Shown here: positions 12,862-23,935 of the stretch, piece after piece
How the letters are laid out: the number at the start of each line of letters is the position of its first letter
Position numbering within the stretch: position 1 is the first letter of the stretch
Assembly (NCBI RefSeq): GCF_006345805.1
Contig: NW_021834222.1
Location: 1 to 64,000, forward strand
Direction: 5' to 3'
DNA: 64,000 nt
From: Octopus sinensis
Lineage: Eukaryota
Made by a program: the position numbers and the translations under genes
The notes under the pieces: model-generated
Database searches by the model: none
Seen by the model: the letters and a program-made list of their open reading frames with translations, nothing else
Told to the model about the DNA's origin: nothing

Positions 12862-13502
12862 AAGGAACACAGAAAGAAACAAGGAGAGAAACAAGGAGAG
12901 AAAAAAGGAGAGAAAAAAGGAGAGAAAAAAGGAGAGAAAAAAGGAACACACACACACACATGTATATATACCGCCATTCTGACTAGTATATGTTGAATAG
13001 AAAAATTCTAAGGTTGAAAAAAGAAAAACAACGCAGTATGTATTATGTATCATTGTGTTTGTGTCGTAATTGTTATATTAAACGATATCAATACATTACA
13101 AAGCAATAAACGGAAAGTCGACGACGTAGGCAGGGAGATCAACCGAAGCCTTCCATCATTCTAAGGGCCATGGCTTTTCACATTTTTGCACAACAGTAAG
13201 AAAATTGAGAGATTATATTCTTGTGAAAATTGGTGGTATTGATAGTGGTAGTGGTATCGGGTGGTGGCAGTGGTTGGTTTCATTTTTGTTTAGCAGACCG
13301 ATAATCAAAAGTATTTCAGCCGTGACCATCCCGTTTGTTTCTTATTTGCAGAGAACATTAGCCCACATTATTCAGCGAGTTCTGTTTCCAAGATGCTGTG
13401 TGTGATGTGAGAAAGATTTGGCTGCTGTTTCAAGCTGATGTCGTTGGTATTAGTGAACAATGAGGATGGTGAACGGTGTAGCAGTTATTCGTGCTTTTGT
13501 AA

Positions 13503-13543
13503 GACTCTGATGGCGGGTTCAGACCCGTTACACGGTGTCAGAT
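13503..13543 (+). ncRNA. decayed hammerhead-like motif
   Basis: GACT-CTGATGG-C-GGGT tcag ACCC-GTTA-CACGGTG-TC-AGAT; three core substitutions. Confidence 0.3.
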
Positions 13544-13654
13544 CAAGAACACTGATTGGTCAGTCAACTATTCTTTGATTGGTCAGTTGAAATATGTCTT
13601 AGAGGGATCAGTGAAAGGGTTTCGTTTGGTCAGTTAATGACATTGACTAGTTAT

Positions 13655-14005
13655 CTTTTATCTTGTTGCAGTCATTAGACTGCGGCGATGCTAGAGCACC
13701 GCCTTGAAGAATTCCTTTTTTTAGTCGAATGAATCGACCTCAATGCTAAATATTTTTTCATAAGCCAGGTACTTACCCCATCGGTCTCTTTTGCCGAACC
13801 GTTAAGTTACAGGAACTTGAACACATCAGCATCGGTTATCAAGCGATGGTGGGGCACAAAAAAACACACACTCATATGTACGACGGGTTTCTTCCCACTC
13901 ACAAGGCCCAAGGCGATAAAAGAACACTTACACAGACTGCCACGCAGTGGGACTGAACCCGGAACCACGTGGCTGAGACGCAAACTTCTTACCACACAGC
14001 CACGC
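13655..14005 (-). mobile_element. SINE family B
   Basis: Reverse complement of 1131-1560. Confidence 0.85.
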
Positions 14006-14041
14006 AGTCCTTCACAGTAAATATGTCAGTTATGAGGAAAG

Positions 14042-14078
<37 letters not shown>

Positions 14079-14374
14079 AGGGATAGAGAGGAGATAGAGA
14101 GAGAGAGATAGAGAGAGGAACTAACCAGTTTTCAGAATACAAACTGGCATGTTGTACATGTGCAATATATGTGAACTGTGCCTCCCCTACCAGCATATTT
14201 TGGGTTTTTAGTTCTAAAAAATATTTTACAAGACGCTTTTTATCAGTCTTGTTTGCTTTGACTTATTTCCCAACAAGACTTTCTCCAACTTTCTTTTTAA
14301 TTCAGTTACAAGACCAATCATTACATATTGGATAATGTTTTTCATAAATCTTCACATAATGGAACTGGCACACA

Positions 14375-14770
14375 CAGGTAAGTTAATTAAAGGTAAGTTA
14401 TTCAATGATAAGTTAATTGATTTGAGGTAAGTTGAGTTGACTAAAGTATTCTAATGAGATCGAAGATAATAAGAGGTAAGCTAAAAGTAGGTCGATGATT
14501 AGGGACGTTGAAGTGAGATTATTAGATGTAAATTAATTACAAATTAATTGTTTAGGGTTATGTTTATTAGAGGTAAACAAATGGGAGTTATGTTAGTAAA
14601 TAATAAGTTAATTAGAAGTTAATTAAAAATAAGTTAAAGGGATGTAACTGGATTTGAGATAATTTAATTAAAAATAATTTTATTGGTTAATTAGTGGTAA
14701 GTTAGAGATAAATTAATTAGTTGTAGGTTGATTAGAGATAAACCGATTTGGTATAAGTTAATTACAGATA
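14375..14770. repeat. degenerate AT-rich ~15-bp minisatellite (GTAAGTTAATTAGAG-like)
   Basis: Recurrent GTAAGTTAATTA/AATTAG motifs at short periodicity. Confidence 0.65.
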
Positions 14771-16021
14771 AATTTCTGGCCAGTCATATCCGTGATTTTC
14801 AATGGCAGCCATGATACAACCAGACATTTCATGTGAATTTAAAAACCATAAAACATCACCCGTTCTCATTTTTGTTCTGATTAAATCCGTTGTATTTTGA
14901 AAGAATTAGAAATTTCTTTCTAAAACCGGATATCTTCACAATTCTAAAACAGAACTGACACAAGTTCAAACCCATGTCTAATCCAAAATAATGCTTAGAA
15001 TAATTTTATTTCGTCGACTTCAATGTCTGTATATTCTTTATGTTTGACGAAAAATGAAAGCTATTTGTCTTACATGCTAATTAGCTAATTATCTGATTAT
15101 CTGCATGACGAAGATGTTTTACTGAATTCTATATCATATAGTAGAATCAAATTCGTTCACAACAATGCCATACTACTAGCCGAAAATTGGAGAGATAGTA
15201 TCACGTGACTGGCGCAGTATTGTGTCTCTGGTCAACGATTAGTTCCTTGGTATTTGATTCTCCTCGGTATAGATAAAATGTAGATCATTAATTAACGAGT
15301 GTACATACAGATACAGTGAATAACCGTGGATTTTTAACTAACGAGGTTATTAATAGATACAGTGTCTAATTATGGATTATTACTGCAGTATTAAGGGTTT
15401 TTTTCATTAACGTGAATTATATTGTGTTGTTCAAGTTTTTTTTCTAGTAGAAAGCCAACAGATATTTCTCCATTACTCAACAGAGATTAACGTCCCACGC
15501 ATTTTCATTGTATTAGGTTCGTTTCTAATTCCTCTGGTGATGCCTGGTCATGATGAATCCGTTTAGAACTCTCTTCAAATGAAAGTTTGCTTTTTCAATG
15601 GATATCGTACAATATGGCAGACATTCTCCCACTACTTCATGTTCCGCCTACAGACTAAAAGCTGAACACTCATTGCAGACGGAGCCAGTCTCGCCGTTCG
15701 TATTTATCAACAACAGCGCAAATCAAGGAGCGGCAGCTTTTTACCGAAAATGGCGCTCTCGGTTATTCTCCAGTGGCAGACATTACAAGTTAGATTTCTT
15801 AGAGACATCAAGAGAACCAATTTATGTCATTTGTCTGTTGTAACATTCTACAAGTTAACTTTTTAAAATATTGTTGCCTCCAACCATACAAATTTATCTG
15901 TCACCTCTCTTGAATTTTCATTTAAAATTCTTTCTTAAATATCAAAATATACAAAGTTGGAGCATAGCATTCATGCCTGAGACTTCATTCTATGCTTATA
16001 CGTAATTAAATAACTGCATTG

Positions 16022-16200
16022 AAGACGGCGATCTGGCAGAATTGTTTTTGCGTCTGATGAAAATGCTTAGCGAAATTTCTTCCGGCTCTTTACATTCAAA
16101 GGTCAGATTCTGCCGAGGTCGACTTTGCTTTTCATCCTTTTGGGGTCGATGAAATAATTACGAGTTGAGCACTGAGATCGATGTGATCCGACAAACCCCC
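16022..16200 (+). mobile_element. old SINE family A copy
   Basis: Diverged GAGGTCGACTTTGCTTTTCATCC core. Confidence 0.7.
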
Positions 16201-16406
16201 TCCATTAAAAATTACAAGCCTTGTAAAAATATTTTTAAAAAATGAAGCAATAAGACTGTATTGTACATAGTTGTAATAAAAATATTTAAAACCTCTTCCC
16301 GTGTTTAGATAAATAATTGATTTGTGGGTGTGGACGACATATTATTAAGAGTGGTACTTCACAAACGTACTCTGATTTTTTCCGTTGATATTTTGTATTC
16401 TGTTAA

Positions 16407-17206
16407 GGCGGCGAGCTGGCAGAAACGTTAGCATGGCCGGCGAAATGCTTAGCGGTATTTCGTCTGCCGTTACGTTCTGAGTTCAAATTCCGCCAAGGTC
16501 GACTTTGCCTTTCATCCTTTCAGGGTCGATTAAATAAGTACCAGATACGCACTGGGGTCGATATAATCGACTTAATCCGTTTGTCTATCCTTGTTTGTCC
16601 TCTCTGTGTTTAGCCCCTTGTGGGTAGCAAAGAAATAGGTATTTCGTCTGTCTTAACGTTCTGAGTTCAAATTCCGCCGAGGTCGACTTTGCTTTTCATC
16701 CTTTAGGGGTCGATTAAATAAGTACCAGATACGCACTGGGGTCGATATAATCGACTTAATCCGTTTGTCTATCCTTGTTTGTCCTCTCTGTGTTTAGCCC
16801 CTTGTGGGTAGCAAAGAAATAGGTATTTCGTCTGTCTTAACGTTCTGAGTTCAAATTCCGCCGAGGTCGACTTTGCTTTTCATCCTTTAGGGGTCGATTA
16901 AATAAGTACCATTTACGCACTGGGGTCGATATAATTGATTTAATCTGTTCTGTTTGTCTGTTCTTGTTCACCCCTCTGTGTGTAGCCCCTTGTGGGCAGT
17001 AAAGAAATAAAAAAACGTTAGCACGCCGGACGAGATGCTTAGCGGTATTTCGTCTGTCTTTACGTTCTGAGTTCAAATTCCGCTGAGGTCGACTTTGCCT
17101 TTCATCCTTTCGGGGTCGATTAAATAAGTACTAGTTGCGTACTGAGGGTCGATCTAATTGACTGCCCTCTCTCCCCAAATTTCAGCCTTGTGCCTAGAAT
17201 AGAAAA
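16407..17206 (+). mobile_element. SINE family A multimer: head, three 184-bp units, then a second partial head and unit with an alternative tail
   Basis: Units start at 16455, 16639 and 16823; GATATTTTGTA occurs at 16387-16397 and 17207-17217 (possible TSD). Confidence 0.9.
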
Positions 17207-17506
17207 GGATATTTTGTACTTTTTTATTTCTGTGCTTGTAAATATCTTCCCAGCTCACGCAGGTAACATTCAACAAATGATTTTGCTAGATAGTGGCGCG
17301 CCTCGATGGAGAGGTCGTGCCTCTCAAACTGTCTCTAATTCATAAGTGGAATGTGGGATTTGATTACATTTGAGATCAAAATAATTTGAGTCGAAGAAAT
17401 GAGATTTACCAAAGTTTGGTCTCACAGAACCTTGATAATTCTACTTACAGAGAAGAAAAAAATCAGACATTTCGTTGTTTTAGAAAAAAAACATACTCTC
17501 TCTCTC

Positions 17507-17540
<34 letters not shown>

Positions 17541-18726
17541 ACTCTTTGGGCCTCTCACTCACGCACATACAGACGCTTATACATTTACATACACATACAT
17601 TCTCTCTCTCTCTTGCACACAAACATACACTTCATTCACTCACATGTTGGAATCTATATCATTGTAAACAGAAACTTTCGACACTCATAACTGAAGACAA
17701 ACCATACGCAGTAAAAGAATGAATATAAGAAGGAAGGGAAGTGAGAAATAGGTAAGAAAAAAAGGGGTGAGGGACCGAACATAACAAGATGGTTCCCTTT
17801 TAGAGATGAAGAGTGAAGAATAGTGGAAAATATAACATTTTTTGCTCTTTTCTTGGCAACATTATTTTAATGCATGTGTCTTATTTGGGCAGTTGGCTAC
17901 ACTCCTACTTTGGACAATGTGTGTGCGCGCGTGTGTGTGTAAGTGGAAGACTTCTATAAATGGCTGAAGATTGCTCAACATTTTAAAACTGATGTAATAC
18001 TTACAATGTTTAATAAAATGAAGTAGCATGAAACGATTGTACCAAAGATATACTTGTTGCTTATTTTGATTATATATATATATATGTATGTATGTATGTA
18101 ATGTAGTTATTAACGTGGGGTCAAACGCTTCTGGTTCACTAATACCATTTTCTCTCCTTACAGTAGCTACATGTTGAAGGATTCCATCAAATTTGGTTTA
18201 AAAGTGAACGATGGAAGCGACAAAGATAAATAAAACACAATATTGTGAAGCGTTATGTTTGCACAACCAATTCTAAATATATTTAATAATTCATGTTTTC
18301 TTCTATGTCTGTCTACCTCCATAAAACATGGAAGTTCCTGCAAAATGGAATAAAATTTAATTAATTCTGTTCGTGACTCTCCATATATGGAATATAACAA
18401 TTTCCATTTATCTTTCGCCCCGCCTCCTCATTCATTCGTCTACGTCGCCTCTCCTCTTCCGCCACCTCCTTTCTATAATATCCACTCTTTATACATAATT
18501 CTTCATCTTTATTTCAATGATTTGCAGTTTTCGTTTGAATTAAAGCGAATTCCAGCCTGGAAGTGTACAAGTTTAGATTGAAATTGTAACCAAGCCATAC
18601 TTTCAGGCTTTTAGGATTGTGGCTCACTCACTACTTACGAACTAAACATACACGTACATACATACATAAATACATACATACATACATACATACATACACA
18701 TACATACATACTACATACATACATAC

Positions 18727-18774
<48 letters not shown>

Positions 18775-18799
18775 TATATATATATTATATATATATATA

Positions 18800-18999
18800 C
18801 TTTTATTTGTTTCAGTTATTTGACTGCAGCCATGCTGGAGCACGGCATTTTAGTCGAGCAAATCGACCCCAGGACTTATTCTTTGTAAGCCTGGTACTTA
18901 TTCTATCGGTCTCTTTTGCCGAACGGCTATGTTACGGGGATGTAAACATACCAGCATCGGTTGTCAAGCGATGTTGGGGAGACAAACAGAGGCACATAA

Positions 19000-19054
<55 letters not shown>

Positions 19055-19090
19055 GCTTCTTTCAGTTTCCGTCTACCAAATCCACTCACA
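18800..19090 (-). mobile_element. SINE family B (5'-truncated)
   Basis: Matches the family B 3' and middle regions. Confidence 0.85.
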
Positions 19091-19516
19091 CACACAAACA
19101 CACCACACACAAACACACACACACAACACACACACACACCACACACACACACACATATATAGAGGATATTTATATATGTATAGTTAGAACAATCAGTAAG
19201 TCGTCATAATAGTTTCAAATGCCGGAGCTAAGAGCTACAATATCTATGTGTGGATGTGCTGTGGATGTGTGTGTATGCGTGTGTGCGTGTGTATGTGTAC
19301 GTGTGGGTGTGCGTGTGTGTTTGTGTATGTCTTTGTAAGTATGTGTGATAGCATGTGAAAATGTGTTTCTTTATCTGTGTATATATGTAAAAGTACGAAT
19401 GTGTATGTATGTGTGTGTGTGTGTAAGACTTTCGAATCATTGAACATATTCTTCTCCGATTTCTTCTCCCTCTATCTTTCGTTCGATTCTCCTCTTTGTC
19501 TATCTCTGCCTCCTTC

Positions 19517-19583
19517 GTTCTGATGACGTTTTACCATTTGCAACATATTTACCTCAGTATGCTACACAGAAACAGCTGTAAAC
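19517..19583 (+). ncRNA. minimal type-I hammerhead ribozyme motif (GUA site)
   Basis: GTT-CTGATGA-[42 nt, weak stem II]-GAAA-C AGCT G-TA-AAC; all core nucleotides present; stem I GTT/AAC. Confidence 0.55.
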
Positions 19584-19761
19584 TCACTCTTACCCTCACC
19601 TTGCTTAACTAATTAATTAAATAATGGCTTTTTAGCACCAAAGACACTCTTCTCATTGTTGTTTTTCTCCATTTTCTTATCGTGTATGTATATGACCGCG
19701 TGTGTACCGTTGGCGATTTTTTCCCTCCGTCTTCCCTTCCTTGGATCTTTCCTTTTCCTGT

Positions 19762-19796
19762 GTTTCTGACGAAGAGCTCCGCTCGAAACGTTAAAT
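19762..19796 (+). ncRNA. minimal type-I hammerhead ribozyme motif (GUU site)
   Basis: GTTT-CTGACGA-A-GAGC tcc GCTC-GAAA-CG-TT-AAAT; AACGTT palindrome means stem III can only form in a dimer. Confidence 0.65.
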
Positions 19797-19895
19797 CCTC
19801 CTTCTTTCTTTCCTTTCCTGAGCGTCTAATAACACTATACTTGTTCCACATCCTCGCGTTGTTGTGTTTTCTCTTTGTGTTTTCATGTTTGGATT

Positions 19896-19930
<35 letters not shown>

Positions 19931-19940
19931 ATATATATAT

Positions 19941-19991
<51 letters not shown>

Positions 19992-20689
19992 CATGCGTGT
20001 GGGTAGGTGTTTCATCGTATGTGTGCAAGTAGACGCTGAATATAATGGGATGATATTGGTGCTGCCATCAGTTTAATAAAGGCAATTCCTTAAGTGTTTA
20101 CTCACAACTGTTAGGAACAGCAAAAACCAGTTTTGAATGAAAAGTGGCCTATTTAAGTAAATTCCAAATGAGGGGTGCTCCATCATAATAATGCGTGGCA
20201 GCACATGGCAAAGGTCACATCCGAAAAGAGAGAAAAAATTTCAACCGGTAAAATACTTTCACCCGTTCCTTATTCATCGCACCTTGCTCCTTTATTACCA
20301 ACACCGAAGTTTACAGAAATATTTTGATGGACGAATTCCTAAAAGAGGAAAAGTGGAAACTACCCGTCTTTACGTTCTTTCTCTCCAAGTGGTATTATTA
20401 ATTGCTGGAACGACCTCATTAATGGTGATGGTAATTATACTAATGAATAACGTAATTGATAATGATGACAAGTGAGTTAATGAATAAACTGAAAGAAAAT
20501 ATGGAATTTAGAGAACTTGTGTTCGAAGAATTTGGGCGCCACTTATGGATGACCTTATATACACATATGCTCTCACACACGCGCGCACACATGCACACAT
20601 TCATATATATGTATGTACATATATAAATATAGATACAGACATAGATACTTACACATGTATATACATGTATATATGGTGATTTGCTCCAT

Positions 20690-21572
20690 CTTCACAGATG
20701 ATTGCTGTCTCTGAGTTTCCTCATTTGTATTCCTGACTTTCCATCCATGACCTCTCAGATGACTATTCAGTCCTTTTGTGGATCGGCATGATTTTAAACA
20801 TAGATGACAGGCAAAAGTTCTAACTTCCAGTGGATTGATCGGATCACTCTGCAAGATATGACTCCTACAAGATAAGACTCCTGCAAGATATGGCCCCTGC
20901 AAGATATGGCCCCTGCAATATATGACCCCTGCAAGATATAACCCCTGCAAGATTGACCCCTGCAAGATATGGTCCCTGCAAGATATGACCCCTGCAAGAT
21001 ATGGCCCCTGCAATATATGACCCCTGCAAGATATGACACCTGCAAGATATGACACTTGCAAGATAATATTCCTGCAAGATATGACCCCTGCAAGATATGA
21101 GCCCTGCAAGATATGACCCCTGTGAACTGCCATATATTTCTCTTCGGACCCAAAATCCATTTGCAAGCCCTTTCTCACACTACACACCTCCAATTACCTG
21201 GTCCAAGGAGGAAGGACATTGCATACAGTTGCTCTTTCATGAGACTTCAGATGGTTGACATACCCGGCCTTGGGAAGGAGTGCACGGACAGCGATCTATG
21301 TTTTCATTAAGGTTCTAATGACAGCCCCTCTGAAACCAGCACTTTAGGCTTTCATGCACCGGGTGACCCTCTTTAAAAGATATACAACCTTCACTTATAC
21401 ACTTCCTCCACTCAATTTTTTCCAAACCTAATTCTTCCCAGTTCTTTACATGGATATGCACTTCTTTTAGGCTGTTTTGTTTAAGACTACCTTGGTTGCT
21501 TTTTTGTGATTTATACTAAGGACGCTTTACAGTGCACAGCTCACCATAGAACAACTACTTTGGAACCCTATT
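20690..21572 (-). mobile_element. RTE-clade LINE 3' fragment (decayed)
   Basis: Peptides FMRIEDNRVPK*LFYGEL and HVKNWEELGLEKIEWRKCISEG; C2H2 finger CHLCLKSCRSTKGLNSHLRGH at 20747-20809. Confidence 0.8.
20849..21122. repeat. 16-bp minisatellite (CTGCAAGATATGACCC), about 17 units
   Basis: Directly visible tandem units. Confidence 0.95.
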
Positions 21573-21638
21573 ATCTTCAATACGCATGAAATCTAAAAGT
21601 TTTTTTTCATTCTCTCTCTGTTTATTTCCTCTTATTCA

Positions 21639-21675
21639 TTTCCGTTGAAGAGCTTAGGCTCGAAACGTAAAAGAC
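21639..21675 (+). ncRNA. hammerhead-like motif with variant core CCGTTGA
   Basis: TTT-CCGTTGA-A-GAGC ttag GCTC-GAAA-CG-TA-AAAGAC; downstream flank shared with 12.8 kb (minus), 19.8 kb and 33.46 kb. Confidence 0.4.
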
Positions 21676-22174
21676 TTTTTCATTTTCCCGAGCGTCAAAC
21701 TAATGCATTTGCTTGTTGTTCATACACCTGTCTTCGTCTTTTGTTTTTATATAAATTTCAACCATACATACACTCATACATACACACATACGGATTAGCC
21801 CATTAGCCCATAACATGTGTTTGAAAAGTTGAACAATGAAAATCCTTACACACAACAGGAAAGGTTCATGACATTTCCAAAAGATTTAGACATTCTGTCC
21901 TCAATAAGTACTAGGCGTTAAAAAAGATCCTGGGGTCGATCTGTTCGACTAAAACGCTTCAAAGCGGTGCCCCAGCATGGCCACAGACTTATGGCTAAAA
22001 CAAGTAAAAAGTAAAAGATAAATTTTAAATAAAGTAAGTGAATCAAGTACTTGTTATAAAAATGTTTAAATTCACGTACACGCACGCATACAAACACACA
22101 CATATGTATATATACATGTATATTCATATTTCCAAATATGAATGTGAGTGTATGTCTTTGTGGGTGTGTATAAG

Positions 22175-22217
<43 letters not shown>

Positions 22218-22269
22218 TATGTATGTATATATATTTATGTGAGAAAAGTAAAAGAGCGCGGAGCAAGCG

Positions 22270-22692
22270 TAACATGGCGACTCATTGAGTAGTCATCCGT
22301 AACTAGAGCAGCCCATGTGATTGTGAACCCCTACTGGTGAGTACATACGGGTAGGTTAAGGAGTGGGGGAAGATCTATCCAAAGACGGGGGTGGTGCGGT
22401 GACAATTGGTTCGGTGTGGTGGTCGTACTTTCACTTGGTCTGGCACCGTCCAGACCAACAACTTTTGTGTCAGGTGAGACCGTGCCAAAACTCTGGCGTC
22501 TCCAGACTGGATTACATCTAATGAGAATGGTGTCATTGTTAATGATTTTGGGGGTGGAGTGAGGGCGACGGGGAGGGGGAGGTTATTCGGGTGGTCGAGT
22601 AGAAGAAACGAGGCGGTGGTAGTGGCGGTGGCGGTGATGGTAGTAATGGAGAGAAGGAAGGTCGGGGTGGAGGAGCCGTCAAGGACGTAAGT
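22270..22692 (+). other. GC-rich unique segment, candidate first exon ending at a GTAAGT donor
   Basis: AACATGGCG near 22272; purine-rich ATGs in frame (MVVMERRKVGVEEPSR) followed by AC|GTAAGT at 22687-22692; no downstream exon identified. Confidence 0.25.
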
Positions 22693-22990
22693 ACAAACTG
22701 TAACCGCTCCCGTCATGGGGTCGAGAGCACCGTATGAAACGACGGATTAAGTATTTGAAGAAGAAGAAAAAACAAAAAACCCCAAATAAGTGACATACAA
22801 CATAGGAATGCACACACACGCACACGGATCAAACATACAGACGCACACATACACACATACACATACACACACAGAGGCCTACATACACACGTACAAATAT
22901 GTGACATATTTCAGAGCACTTTCAACGTATATGTATGTGTGTATACAAATATATATATATTCACATATACATATATATATATATGCATAT

Positions 22991-23067
<77 letters not shown>

Positions 23068-23074
23068 TTATTCT

Positions 23075-23440
23075 TTTATTCTTCTACTTGTTTCAATCAT
23101 TTGACTGAATGGTTTTAGTTGAACAAGTAGACCCCAGGACTTATTTTTTAAAGCCTTGTATCTATTCTATCGGTTTCTTTTGCCGAACAGCTACGTTACA
23201 GGGACGTAAACGCATCAACATCAGTTGTCAAGCGATGGGGGGGGGGGTTGACAAACACAGACACAAAGACGCACACAAATCTATACATATATAAACGACA
23301 GGCTTCTTTCAATTTCCGTCAATCAAATCTACTCACAAGGCTTTGGTCGTCTCGAGGCTATAGTAGAAGACACTTGCCCAAGGTGCCACGCAGTGGGACT
23401 GAACCCGGAACCATGCAGTTGGGAAGTAAGCCTCTTACTA
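23075..23440 (-). mobile_element. SINE family B
   Basis: Reverse complement of the family B consensus segments. Confidence 0.85.
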
Positions 23441-23516
23441 TACAGTCACACACACACATGTATATATATATATATATATATACATATATACATATATATA
23501 TATATATGTATGTATG

Positions 23517-23790
23517 TATGTATAAAAAGAGAAAAAGAGAGAGAGGGAGAGAGGGTGACGTGTGTGTGCATGTGTATATTACTAGCCACATTTATATATG
23601 TATGTGCGCGTATATATACATACACACACATACACACACACACATATATATATGTGTGTATATATATATGTATAAAAAGAGAAAAAGAGAGAGAGGGAGA
23701 GAGGGAGACGTGTGTGTGCATGTGTATATTACTAGCCACATTTATATATGTATGTGCGCGTATATATACATACACACACACACACATATA
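23517..23790. repeat. 150-bp local tandem duplication of microsatellite-rich sequence
   Basis: TATAAAAAGAGAAAAAGAGAG...ATTACTAGCCACATTT recurs at 23521 and 23671. Confidence 0.9.
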
Positions 23791-23811
23791 TAAATAGATA
23801 GATAGATGGGT

Positions 23812-23857
23812 ATATGTAAATAGATAGACAAATAGATAGATAGATAGATAGATAGAC

Positions 23858-23900
<43 letters not shown>

Positions 23901-23935
23901 CAAACAGATAGACAGACAGACAGGCAGACAGATAA
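23812..23935. repeat. (GATA)n/(GACA)n array at the 3' end of the Tx1 LINE
   Basis: Directly visible. Confidence 0.95.

Noticed and set aside
18145-18175. Strong 3' splice acceptor (CACTAAT...TTCTCTCCTTACAG)
   Set aside because: Lies in what looks like a Tc1/mariner subterminal fragment, with no credible exon or donor following.
20849-21122. CRISPR-like appearance of the short tandem repeats (also 52330-52465 and the 184-bp arrays)
   Set aside because: No unique spacers between repeats, no cas genes, eukaryotic context.
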